A program made the translations under genes and the position numbers. The notes beneath the pieces were generated by a model, which was given only the letters and a program-made list of their open reading frames with translations, was not told the origin of the DNA and did no database searches. A DNA stretch of 64,000 nt from a virus (Duplodnaviria; Caudoviricetes). Each line of letters starts with the position of its first letter. The stretch's first letter is position 1. Below are positions 1 to 9,510 of this stretch, piece after piece. The stretch lies in IMG/VR virus record IMGVR_UViG_3300021400_000552, positions 51,676 through 115,675 of that record; one strand, written 5' to 3'.

Positions 1-1
1 C

Positions 2-3000
2 ATTTGGGGGAGCACTATTCACGCTACTCATGGTGATATTACAAATTGGTGGTCTAATAATAATATTGGCTCACCTGTAACATCAGGTGCAGCGGCTACT
101 AAGGGTAAGTTTAATTTATATAATATTTGTGCTGTTGGTGGAACACAGACTAAAACATCAATTGAGGCAAATGACGCAACGAATAGTAATATCTCACTCA
201 TTTTGCCGTCTGAATCAGGTACGTTAGCTCTGACAAAGAACTATCAACCGTATGTTCATTATTCTACGACGGCTGCTAATGACACGATGGCGTCGAAGTA
301 TTATAAAATAAAAATTAACTCTACACAGGCTTGGATGTTAAGCTTCGTTGTAAGGTTATATCATTATTATTCTGCCTATGATTTACAAATTAGTGGTTAT
401 AACTATGGTTCAAGTCATTGGTATTCGCCAGATGTCGTAATGCTGGGTTCTAATACAACTGGGGCAATCGACGTAACGTTTGGGTATGATGGTGACTATC
501 AACTATGGGTGTCTATTCCGGCTAGTGCATATACTGGATTGGACATTACTAATGTTACAAATGGATATTTCCAAGTGGATAATCTGGAAGGTTTGTTTAC
601 GATAACATTAGAAGATAGCCAACCAACTACTGTTCAAACAACCAAAACGGCTTATCGCCCGTGGTATCGTAATGAAACAGTAACTAATGCTACTAATGCC
701 ACTAATGCGACAAATGCATCTAAGGTTAATAACCATACTGTAAATGCTGATGTACCGTCTGGCGCGAAGTTTACAGATACAACGTATGTAGTGGCGACAA
801 ATACAGCTGATGGCCTAATGTCCGCCGACGATAAGAAGAAGCTTGATCAGATTAACGTTTCTGATATTGGTCGTGTTGATGCCAATACGATTGTTGGCGA
901 GAAAGATATTAAAGTTACTATTTCATCTGGTATTGCTACAGTCGGTCACGCTAATACAGCTATTACGGCTGGTACGGCAAGTGGCACTTCAAGCGCTACC
1001 AATTTGGCATTTGGCGCAACAGTTACTTTACCATCTGTAACATATGACGCTTATGGTCATATTACAGCAGCAAGTACAACATCGTTTAAACTCCCAGCTG
1101 CACCTACAAGTGTAAGTGGTAATGCTGGTACTGCAACGCAATTTAGTTCTGCGGCAAGCGTAACGTTAACTGGTGATACAACTGGTTCCGCAAGTAGCGT
1201 TAAAGGGTGGTCGTTAACTACGAAGACTGATCGCCTATCCACTGTCAGTGATAATCGTAGCGTTGCAACAACGCCAAATGAATATAAAAATAAATTTATA
1301 TTCCAAGGGCTAAAAAATAATAGTACTATTGGCAGTCCGTCTACCTCTACATACTCCTATTTGTTTGGACTACGTGGTTGGAGTGATAATTCTGGTGGCA
1401 ATGCGCATGAACTAGCATTTAATGATGCTGGCATTTATCGTCGTCAAGGTGCAACAGATTCATGGAATAATTGGGAACAATTGCTTGATTCTGGTAATTA
1501 TACTGACTACACTGTGAAAAAAGACGGCACTGGTGCTACTGGTGATTGGGATATCAATATCAGTGGTAATGCCGCTACAGCCAGTAAAATGGCTATTTTG
1601 GAGACTAAATCGTATAGCAATATTATCGGTGCAACGACAGCAGATGCAGACACTCATTTCTACTTTGCAAAAATACAACCTGAAAGCTATAGTGCTAGAT
1701 GGCGCATTAAATATAAAATTAGTGCAACTATGAATGGTCAACCAGAAGGTGCGGCATATTCTATAGTCGAGATTGAGGGTATGCGCAATACTTATGGTGT
1801 TTATCGCACATATAATATGCATACGAATAGCGGTTATCGACCGTATTATTACCATACACTTTATTTCGCAAGAGATACTGGTATTAATAATGGATATGGT
1901 CATGCGTTAGGTGTAAGTCTATTGTATTCGTATGGCTCAGCCACAACTGCTAACGCTCGACATTTCGACATTGAGGTTTATGAATGTGAGGGATGTACTC
2001 TTACATTTTTAGATAATATGGTAACATATGCGGATTGGCCAGGTAATGGATCGACTAATTATTATAGCAGAAGTAATTTCGATGGTTCAACATATGGTTG
2101 GACGCAGGCTGGTGACAGGAATGATGTTAATTATCAACAAAGAATTTATTATACTAGCAGTATAGCTGCCGAAGCTATTTATAGATATCAGTTATTATTG
2201 CGTGATAGAGATCAGCATTTAATACCTGTTAGCTCTGCTAATAATACTTTCGCCATTGGAAAAACATATTCATCTAAACCATTTGATCCATTTGGGGAGA
2301 TTTATTATTATTACAGTTCTGGTTCTGTATCAGCTAATGGCAATGTTGGTAATTCTACACTTTATAGACAATTTTTAGTAGATTTGCGTTATGCATTTGA
2401 TTTAGACGCATCTTCATCTCATGAATTGGTTGCCAGAAAACCTGTTTATCTTACAGCAACGCCACAGGCTGATGGCACTGCAATTTTGACAAAGCTTAAT
2501 AATAGCACTATTGGGCCTTTGACACAGAACCTGCCAACATCAGATGATGGATTAATTTACATTTATCTTGGACAGGCATATGAAGACTCACACCCATATA
2601 GATTAGAGCTGTCACTACATCATCCTGTGTTTTGGTATAAAGATGGTAGTGTAAAACAATATGCCCCATTTGCATCTAAAGCGTTAACCGCTGTAACGGC
2701 TACATCTGCTGCGAGTGCAGCCAGTGCTACAAATGCCACAAATGCTACAAATGCAACAAATCTATTAGCGCATAGTAATAACGAGGTCTTTATTGGTGCA
2801 AATAGCGCAACGGCCGGATCATCCACTAATGATAGCGTGTGGATTAACTATCGAGATGTTTATAATGGTTCTACCTCTAACAATGCCACGAAAGTAACAG
2901 ATTACTATTTTGGCAATAGAAAAGGTAATACTACGGATGTTGAGGTTCATGCGGCTACATTTGCCGGAGCTTTGTCTGGCAATGCAACAAGTGCTACCGC

Positions 3001-3217
3001 TATTAGTAGCAGCACGTTTACAGCGGCATCTGCATCTGATGTAGATAGATACATGTGGATGTCATGGAACGATAATGGCGGTAGACCATGTTATTCTGCT
3101 GATGTGACATATAATACAAGCACGAAGATCTTAAAAACTCCAAAATTACAAATGGAAAATTGGAATGTGTCAGAAGATACTGTAACTAAAGCACTAGTCT
3201 TTAAGTTTGTAGGCTAA
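2..3217 (+). CDS. Phage tail fibre / receptor-binding protein (5' end lies outside the window)
   Basis: The frame is open from base 2 and in frame with ORF 203..3217. The protein is Thr/Ser/Gly/Asn-rich with ISGNAATA and TNATNATNA fibre repeats, and sits in a structural module. Confidence 0.75.
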   Translation: MWGSTIHATHGDITNWWSNNNIGSPVTSGAAATKGKFNLYNICAVGGTQTKTSIEANDATNSNISLILPSESGTLALTKNYQPYVHYSTTAANDTMASKYYKIKINSTQAWMLSFVVRLYHYYSAYDLQISGYNYGSSHWYSPDVVMLGSNTTGAIDVTFGYDGDYQLWVSIPASAYTGLDITNVTNGYFQVDNLEGLFTITLEDSQPTTVQTTKTAYRPWYRNETVTNATNATNATNASKVNNHTVNADVPSGAKFTDTTYVVATNTADGLMSADDKKKLDQINVSDIGRVDANTIVGEKDIKVTISSGIATVGHANTAITAGTASGTSSATNLAFGATVTLPSVTYDAYGHITAASTTSFKLPAAPTSVSGNAGTATQFSSAASVTLTGDTTGSASSVKGWSLTTKTDRLSTVSDNRSVATTPNEYKNKFIFQGLKNNSTIGSPSTSTYSYLFGLRGWSDNSGGNAHELAFNDAGIYRRQGATDSWNNWEQLLDSGNYTDYTVKKDGTGATGDWDINISGNAATASKMAILETKSYSNIIGATTADADTHFYFAKIQPESYSARWRIKYKISATMNGQPEGAAYSIVEIEGMRNTYGVYRTYNMHTNSGYRPYYYHTLYFARDTGINNGYGHALGVSLLYSYGSATTANARHFDIEVYECEGCTLTFLDNMVTYADWPGNGSTNYYSRSNFDGSTYGWTQAGDRNDVNYQQRIYYTSSIAAEAIYRYQLLLRDRDQHLIPVSSANNTFAIGKTYSSKPFDPFGEIYYYYSSGSVSANGNVGNSTLYRQFLVDLRYAFDLDASSSHELVARKPVYLTATPQADGTAILTKLNNSTIGPLTQNLPTSDDGLIYIYLGQAYEDSHPYRLELSLHHPVFWYKDGSVKQYAPFASKALTAVTATSAASAASATNATNATNATNLLAHSNNEVFIGANSATAGSSTNDSVWINYRDVYNGSTSNNATKVTDYYFGNRKGNTTDVEVHAATFAGALSGNATSATAISSSTFTAASASDVDRYMWMSWNDNGGRPCYSADVTYNTSTKILKTPKLQMENWNVSEDTVTKALVFKFVG

Positions 3218-3231
3218 TAAATTAATGTTAT

Positions 3232-3261
3232 GGGTGTCAAAGTCAGATTTGGCACCCTTTT
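3232..3261 (+). terminator. Rho-independent terminator
   Basis: GGGTGTCAAA-gtcaga-TTTGGCACCC followed by TTTT, just after the fibre stop codon. Confidence 0.65.
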
Positions 3262-3286
3262 ATTTATATATGGAGGTAACAATAGG

Positions 3287-4966
3287 ATGAGTTTACAGGT
3301 TTGGTTGCCTCTATGTGGTAACTTAACACAACAAGGAATAAGTAATATTGAAGCCACGAATCACAATACTGTTGTTAATGATTATGGTAAAATCGGAAAA
3401 TGTATGGAATTCACAGCTGATAATAGCTATATTGAATTGCCAGTAACAGATTTAACTCAAATGTCTGGTGCATTTTCAATTGTTTTGTGGGTAAAAATAT
3501 TATCATGGAATACCAATTACGCAACATTAATAAATGCTTGGGATGTAAGTTATTCATGGAAGAATTTGATATTTTCATTATTAAGATATAGTGGTCAAAA
3601 TCGACTTTGTTTTAATATCGCAGATGGCCATGCATATACAGCGGGTGGCTGTATTACAGATGAATTGGAATTAGACACTTGGTACAATTTTGCATGTATT
3701 TATGAACCTGGCGTTACTAAGCTATATCAAGATGGAACTTTAGTGAGTTCTTATAGCACCTCCGTTGTTCCAGATTTTTCAAAGATTACTAGTTGTAAAC
3801 TTGGTCAAACAATGAACGGATTTTACCAAGCTAATTGCTTGATGAATGATGTTCGTTTATATGATCACGCTTTAACAGAAAAAGAAGTCAAAGAAATTAG
3901 TCGTGGATTGGTTTTACATTATCCGTTGAATGATAGATATGTTGAGCCAACAAAAAATATGCTTCCAATAGAAAAACAAAATTTTGTAGTTAATGGTAAA
4001 GCAGATGCTGGATATTATAATGTCACCACATCTGAGAGTGGGGCTTATACATTGAGCGCCTATATTAAGCGTGAGACAAAAGATGATGAGTGGAGCGCCC
4101 CTCGTTTCTCTATGCAGATAAAATATACTGATGGCAATACGACATACAATTATACGGCGTTCAATAATATTCCAAAGGATGGAAAGTTCCATTACTATGA
4201 GTTGACAACCATATCTAATCCGAATAAAACCGTACAATCAGTGTATGGATGGATGCTAGATCATAGTAGTCCTACAACGACAAAATATGTAGAGGTATGT
4301 AATGCGCAATTAGAAAATAAAGATCATGCTACTGCATATACGTCATCAGAACGTAAATCTTCTGATATATTAGTGCATGATATAAGCGGCTTTTCAAACA
4401 ACGGCACCGTTACTGGCGCGCTGAGTACGTCCAGTGATACGGTTAGATATAAGGCGAGTACGTATTTTAATGGCTCAAGCTATGCGCTTACTGATAGTGG
4501 TTCTTTTTCATGGTTTGATTTTGATAAGTGTACTCTGTCTGTATGGATGAAACCTACTACCACGCCCTCCTCATGGGCGGGAACTTTTGGCATAGCGCAT
4601 AATAATTCAAGTGGAAATAAATCCTTTGTTATCGGTAATTATGGCGGAAAGTTTACAATGCAAAGTGCTAATGGTGGCTGGGTAAATATTCAGTCTGTAA
4701 ATTTACCAATCAATGAATGGCATCATTGTGCGGCTACTCTTGATGGGACAACAATTAAAATGTATTTCGATGGTGAACTAGTGAATACTTATACAATAAA
4801 CTGGGGAACCACCACAGTAGCTTCAGATACAAGGGTGCAAGTTGGCGTTGATTTACCGGGCTCAGATGAAATTTATCAAGGTTATTATTCTGATGCGAGA
4901 ATTTATACAATTGCCCTCTCTGCCAACGATATTCAAGAACTATACGCAATGGGGGTGAGTGAATGA
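3287..4966 (+). CDS. LamG/concanavalin A-like domain virion protein
   Basis: GGAGG upstream and a MSLQVWLPL start. Two LamG-like domains (W..F..IY..G...LY.DG and MNDVRLYDHAL; WHHCAATLDG..IKMYFDG and SDARIY). Confidence 0.75.
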   Translation: MSLQVWLPLCGNLTQQGISNIEATNHNTVVNDYGKIGKCMEFTADNSYIELPVTDLTQMSGAFSIVLWVKILSWNTNYATLINAWDVSYSWKNLIFSLLRYSGQNRLCFNIADGHAYTAGGCITDELELDTWYNFACIYEPGVTKLYQDGTLVSSYSTSVVPDFSKITSCKLGQTMNGFYQANCLMNDVRLYDHALTEKEVKEISRGLVLHYPLNDRYVEPTKNMLPIEKQNFVVNGKADAGYYNVTTSESGAYTLSAYIKRETKDDEWSAPRFSMQIKYTDGNTTYNYTAFNNIPKDGKFHYYELTTISNPNKTVQSVYGWMLDHSSPTTTKYVEVCNAQLENKDHATAYTSSERKSSDILVHDISGFSNNGTVTGALSTSSDTVRYKASTYFNGSSYALTDSGSFSWFDFDKCTLSVWMKPTTTPSSWAGTFGIAHNNSSGNKSFVIGNYGGKFTMQSANGGWVNIQSVNLPINEWHHCAATLDGTTIKMYFDGELVNTYTINWGTTTVASDTRVQVGVDLPGSDEIYQGYYSDARIYTIALSANDIQELYAMGVSE

Positions 4967-7071
4967 GTTTACAAGTTTGGCTACCGTTAACTGGGAATCT
5001 ACATAATCAAGGATTAAGCGAAATTACATATACTGGCACTCCCACTTTTAAATCGGTTGGTAAAATTGGTGCAAAATCTTATGATCTTAATTACAGAACA
5101 ACTATTACATGTCCAGATTTGACGAATAAATCTCGCTTTACTATTGCGTTTTGGGCAAAGGTAAATACAGATACGTCACTTACTACTAATTGGGTTGATG
5201 TAATAGGTTTTACTGATAAACATTCTAATGGAACTACTGGACAGCTACGTTGGGAAACTTGTTATGCCAATTCATCAACACGTGGTATTAGTGGCCACGA
5301 TAATGCCATATACGCAACAACCAATGGTCCAAATGGAAGTCCAACCACCAAAGACACATGGCATCATATTGTGTGTGTTGTTGGTGATGATGTACGTGAG
5401 TACAGAAATGGTAAATTAACGGGAACATATACGGCGAATGGCGGAACATTAACAGGGGTATTTTGGCTTGGTGAAGCTGGCAAGGTTAATGGTGAGATCA
5501 ATGATGTACGGATTTATGATGAATGCCTTGATCCGCTGGAAGTTAAACGGTTATCCCAGGGTCTAGTCCTCCACTACCCTCTTAATAATAACGGTCTGGG
5601 AGGTACAAACCTATTAAATAATCCGACCAAATTTACAGCTGGTGGGGCCGCATCTGGAAATACAAAAACCGTTCTTGATGATGGAATAGTACAAGTAGTT
5701 GCAGCATCTGGTAATTCAAACTGGGTGCGTTTTGCTGATTCTGATACCACATTGCCGCTCACTAAGGGTGACACATTTACATTTTCGATACGAATACGTA
5801 GTGATGATTCAACGAAAAATCCAACCGTATATTTTAATGATGGCCTTGGTTATTTTACTATGCAAGGACAAATGTCCAAAGAATGGACAACCATTTACTA
5901 TACTGGTACATGGAGCATTGACAAGTTAAATACGATGATCCACTTAGGCTTCAGCTCAGCTCCTGGCACATATTATATACAAAGCTTTAAGTTGGAACGA
6001 GGAAATAAGCCGACACCTTTCATTGATAATGTTGTATTTGAAAAGAGTGGTTTAATAGTAAGTAATTGGGGATCCGCAGAGGGTTCTAGGCTGGAGTTTA
6101 GGTATTTAGATACTGGCACTTCTTTTCACATTCAAAGTGGCGAAAAATTAATGGTATCTTTTGATTTTAAGATGATAATTAATACCGCCCCATCTAGTGG
6201 TAGTGCTCCATACTTTATTATGTATAATTCGAATTATCGTGGACCGCATGGCAATTGGACGTATGTGAATTTTAATACAGAACTTGCTGGTACTTATGCT
6301 GTTGGTGATGTTATTGAAAAACGTATTAATAAAATAGTTACAGTTGGTGCACTAAATCCTGGCACTAGAGCTACTGATGGTATTGAGTTTTATTCAAATT
6401 ATGGTTCTAATAACTGGTATGAGATAAAAAATTTAAAAATAGAACGATATAACGATATTGAATATGATGTAAGCGGATATGGAAGGAATAGTACACTTTC
6501 TCAAAACATACAAACAGTTTCTAATTCTCCACGCTATTTAACAAGCACATATTTTAATGGTTCAGCATATATTCAAGCTGATCCCCTGCCCTCAGAAGTT
6601 AAAACCATAAGTTGTTGGGTGAAAACAGATAAACCATCAACAAATCAGTTTTATTGGTGCGATACTGGAACGGCAATGTGCCTTGCTACGTATAACGGCC
6701 ATGGCACTGTGATAACTTATTACAAGCAAGGTGGTCAAGGTGCGGGTAGTAAATGTACACTGAGTGGATCTAAGTGGAATAGTAATGGGTGGAATCATTT
6801 CGTCGTTATTGATACTGGTAATGGAACTAGAGATGTTTATTGCAATGGTGAAAAGCTAACGCCCACATCAAACGATTGGTATGGAACTGTCGGATCTAAA
6901 TTAGTTATAGGAAATCGAGGATCTGGCGCCGTTCCGTTATATGGATATGTTTCAGATTTTCGTGCTTACGCTACACAATTATCCCCCGACGACATCAAAG
7001 CACTATATGAGAACTCCGCATACATTGCGACAGACGGAACAGCTTATGCGTATGAGTTTGTGGAGGAATAA
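4963..7071 (+). CDS. LamG domain virion protein, paralog of 3287..4966
   Basis: Same MSLQVWLPL start and GLVLHYPLN linker, plus INDVRIYD and SDFRAY LamG motifs. Confidence 0.75.
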   Translation: MSLQVWLPLTGNLHNQGLSEITYTGTPTFKSVGKIGAKSYDLNYRTTITCPDLTNKSRFTIAFWAKVNTDTSLTTNWVDVIGFTDKHSNGTTGQLRWETCYANSSTRGISGHDNAIYATTNGPNGSPTTKDTWHHIVCVVGDDVREYRNGKLTGTYTANGGTLTGVFWLGEAGKVNGEINDVRIYDECLDPLEVKRLSQGLVLHYPLNNNGLGGTNLLNNPTKFTAGGAASGNTKTVLDDGIVQVVAASGNSNWVRFADSDTTLPLTKGDTFTFSIRIRSDDSTKNPTVYFNDGLGYFTMQGQMSKEWTTIYYTGTWSIDKLNTMIHLGFSSAPGTYYIQSFKLERGNKPTPFIDNVVFEKSGLIVSNWGSAEGSRLEFRYLDTGTSFHIQSGEKLMVSFDFKMIINTAPSSGSAPYFIMYNSNYRGPHGNWTYVNFNTELAGTYAVGDVIEKRINKIVTVGALNPGTRATDGIEFYSNYGSNNWYEIKNLKIERYNDIEYDVSGYGRNSTLSQNIQTVSNSPRYLTSTYFNGSAYIQADPLPSEVKTISCWVKTDKPSTNQFYWCDTGTAMCLATYNGHGTVITYYKQGGQGAGSKCTLSGSKWNSNGWNHFVVIDTGNGTRDVYCNGEKLTPTSNDWYGTVGSKLVIGNRGSGAVPLYGYVSDFRAYATQLSPDDIKALYENSAYIATDGTAYAYEFVEE

Positions 7072-7074
7072 GAT

Positions 7075-7647
7075 ATGAGCAATATATTTTTAAGCGAAAC
7101 GATACAATCATACGCAAAAACTCCTAACGCGCGTGGGCATGGCGAATATGTTTTTCACAATGGATACTGGGCTATGGATATAGAACCGGCAACTTTTTAT
7201 AAGGGTAGTGATGAAGTAAAAGATGCTCATGTATTAAGCGAAGAATTTATTCCAAATATGCGATATGTATTTGACATATGGGTTGATGTGGACGCAATTA
7301 TATATAACGATATTAATCGACCCGCTGGTTTAAGGATTTTTTATACAGATGGCTCATCTGATAGCTCATCATTAATAACTACTGGTAGTCATGATCCGGC
7401 TACTGGATATCAGCATTTGTTTTATGTGTCACCATCAAATAAATCAGTAGATTATCTTACTGTATATTATTGGTCGTCATCATATGTATATTATCGAGCA
7501 GATTCATATATTTGCCCACTTGACGAAATCCAACTACATCAAACTGGAGTTTTAAATACTCAAAATATAACAGAATCATTAACCAGAGCTAAAGACTGCA
7601 AAATTATACATGGCAATATATCGCCCACAGAAATTATTGAATTATAA
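7075..7647 (+). CDS. Hypothetical tail-module protein
   Basis: 190 aa ORF with an RBS, coupled to its neighbours. Confidence 0.55.
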   Translation: MSNIFLSETIQSYAKTPNARGHGEYVFHNGYWAMDIEPATFYKGSDEVKDAHVLSEEFIPNMRYVFDIWVDVDAIIYNDINRPAGLRIFYTDGSSDSSSLITTGSHDPATGYQHLFYVSPSNKSVDYLTVYYWSSSYVYYRADSYICPLDEIQLHQTGVLNTQNITESLTRAKDCKIIHGNISPTEIIEL

Positions 7648-7657
7648 AGGAGATAAT

Positions 7658-8533
7658 ATGTCACGAATTATTGTTAAAATTAATAACACAACCGAGTTTA
7701 CGCTGGTTGAATGGGATGCGACCGGGTTTGTATCAAATCCGCAATTTAAAATTGCGTCTGACGACCTCGCCAGTGTAAAGAACGCGTTTTCTGAAATCGA
7801 GAAAATTCAGGTGTTCCAGGATGAACATCTTGCTGCCGAGACGACACAATATGATACATATGATGCGATACAATATCTCGGCACGGTATTTAGCCCATCA
7901 ATGGATCGGTTTGTTGAGTGCCTACAGGTTAGTCTTAAAAAGACAAGCCTTGTGGAACAGGTAGAGAGATTAACAGCTGAAATCTTTCCAGTAACCGATT
8001 TTGATGCTATGACAACAGAGCAATACAGGACATGGCTTCTGAATAAGATTGCTGAAGATTGTCAAAACGATGTATATGCTGGCACAAGCGTACAGATTTC
8101 GACTGGTGTAAAGCATTTTAGATATACCATGGAAGATCAGCAGAATCTCGGCAGTATTGTTGCTCTGCTGATGAGCGTGCCGGAACTCCCGGCTATGCCC
8201 TATCATGCGGATGGCGAATTTTGTTACTTAATGTCAAAAGCTGATATTTTGTTAGTATATTTGACACTACACATGAGACTGCTGGCAATTACTACGCGGT
8301 GCAATCATATGAATATGTGGATCAAGAGTATTCAGACTAAAGAAGAATTAATGAATATTGATTACTCTACTCCACTTCCGCAAGAATATCAGGATCAGGT
8401 AGATGCTATCATGGCGCGCGCAATCGAGATGGAAGAACTGTTGATTGCACATTATCTGCCAGTACAGGACGATGATGGATCGGGTACGGACCCTGTTGAG
8501 GAGCCGACAGAAAATGAAAACGGTACTGAGTAG
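7658..8533 (+). CDS. DUF4376-like tail fibre accessory protein
   Basis: AAGGAG RBS. HFRYTMEDQQNL and PYHADGEFC motifs are typical of this phage family. Confidence 0.55.
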   Translation: MSRIIVKINNTTEFTLVEWDATGFVSNPQFKIASDDLASVKNAFSEIEKIQVFQDEHLAAETTQYDTYDAIQYLGTVFSPSMDRFVECLQVSLKKTSLVEQVERLTAEIFPVTDFDAMTTEQYRTWLLNKIAEDCQNDVYAGTSVQISTGVKHFRYTMEDQQNLGSIVALLMSVPELPAMPYHADGEFCYLMSKADILLVYLTLHMRLLAITTRCNHMNMWIKSIQTKEELMNIDYSTPLPQEYQDQVDAIMARAIEMEELLIAHYLPVQDDDGSGTDPVEEPTENENGTE

Positions 8534-8975
8534 GCTACTACAAGTAGCTTTTATTTTTATATTTAGTGGAACTGCTTATGTTTTGCTTGAAATGTTATGT
8601 CGTGGTTATAGCCACATAACAATGTGGGTGCTGGGCGGCATATGCGGCGTAATCATTGCGCTAGTTAATAATGACATATTTTTAAGTAGTAAAACGCCAT
8701 TTGAGATTCAAGTGGCGTTTTGTGCTACTTGTTGCGTTCTTGGCGAATACATATTTGGCATTATTTTTAACCGCGATTTTACCATATGGGATTACCGCGA
8801 GATACCCGGCACTTTTGCTGATGGACAATTAAATATATTTTTTATACTGCTTTGGATTGTAATATGTATATTTGCGATCCCACTACTTGACTGGATCGAA
8901 TATAAGCTGCTTGATGGCAGGCGACCAGTTTATAGATTTTTATGCTTAAAGCGAAAAGGAGAACAACAATTATGA
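8514..8975 (+). CDS. Multi-pass membrane protein (CmpB/ABC-permease-like, common in phage tail-lysis regions)
   Basis: Four hydrophobic segments and an E..CRGYSH..M...GG / EY..G..FN..IWDY pattern. Confidence 0.6.
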   Translation: MKTVLSRLLQVAFIFIFSGTAYVLLEMLCRGYSHITMWVLGGICGVIIALVNNDIFLSSKTPFEIQVAFCATCCVLGEYIFGIIFNRDFTIWDYREIPGTFADGQLNIFFILLWIVICIFAIPLLDWIEYKLLDGRRPVYRFLCLKRKGEQQL

Positions 8976-9472
8976 AGAAAACTATTATCAATATCGCAGC
9001 TGTAAACGTTATCTCTTGGTACAACAACGATGCTACACAGACAAAGCTTAAGAAACTGCCGCTTAAAATGCAGTGGACAATGCGCAAAAACATGAAGGCG
9101 CTGGAACCGCTGGCAAAAGAGTTTGGCGATTTTAGAGATGAGCTTATTCAGAAGAGAAACGAGGAATGGTTTGTTGAAGGTAATGGTAAGTGCGAAAAGG
9201 TGACTCGCAAAGATGAAAATGGCGTCGATCAAGAACTGTTACAGATTCTGCCGGAATGTCAAGATGAGTTTGCCGAATATGAACAGGAATTAAACGTGCA
9301 ACTGAGTGAAATTGCAGCGGAGGAAAATACGGTGGAGATTACACCGATTGATCTTGAGCAATTTGTTGATGTTGCTGATGAATATAACACGGGTATCGAT
9401 ATGGACGACCTTGATATTATTAGTGTTTTTGAGGCCGTTGAGGAAGTCGAAGCTGAGATCGTAGAGGGCTAA
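8972..9472 (+). CDS. Hypothetical acidic protein
   Basis: AGGAG RBS; followed by the hairpin AGAGGGC/GCCCTCT and a T-run. Confidence 0.55.
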   Translation: MKKTIINIAAVNVISWYNNDATQTKLKKLPLKMQWTMRKNMKALEPLAKEFGDFRDELIQKRNEEWFVEGNGKCEKVTRKDENGVDQELLQILPECQDEFAEYEQELNVQLSEIAAEENTVEITPIDLEQFVDVADEYNTGIDMDDLDIISVFEAVEEVEAEIVEG

Positions 9473-9510
9473 ATATCGCCCTCTTTCTTTTTGAAGGAAG
9501 GTGAATTTAT

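Noticed and set aside
677-2762. ACTAATGC-type tandem repeats near 680-720 and 2725-2762
   Set aside because: They encode ordinary TNA linker repeats of tail fibres.
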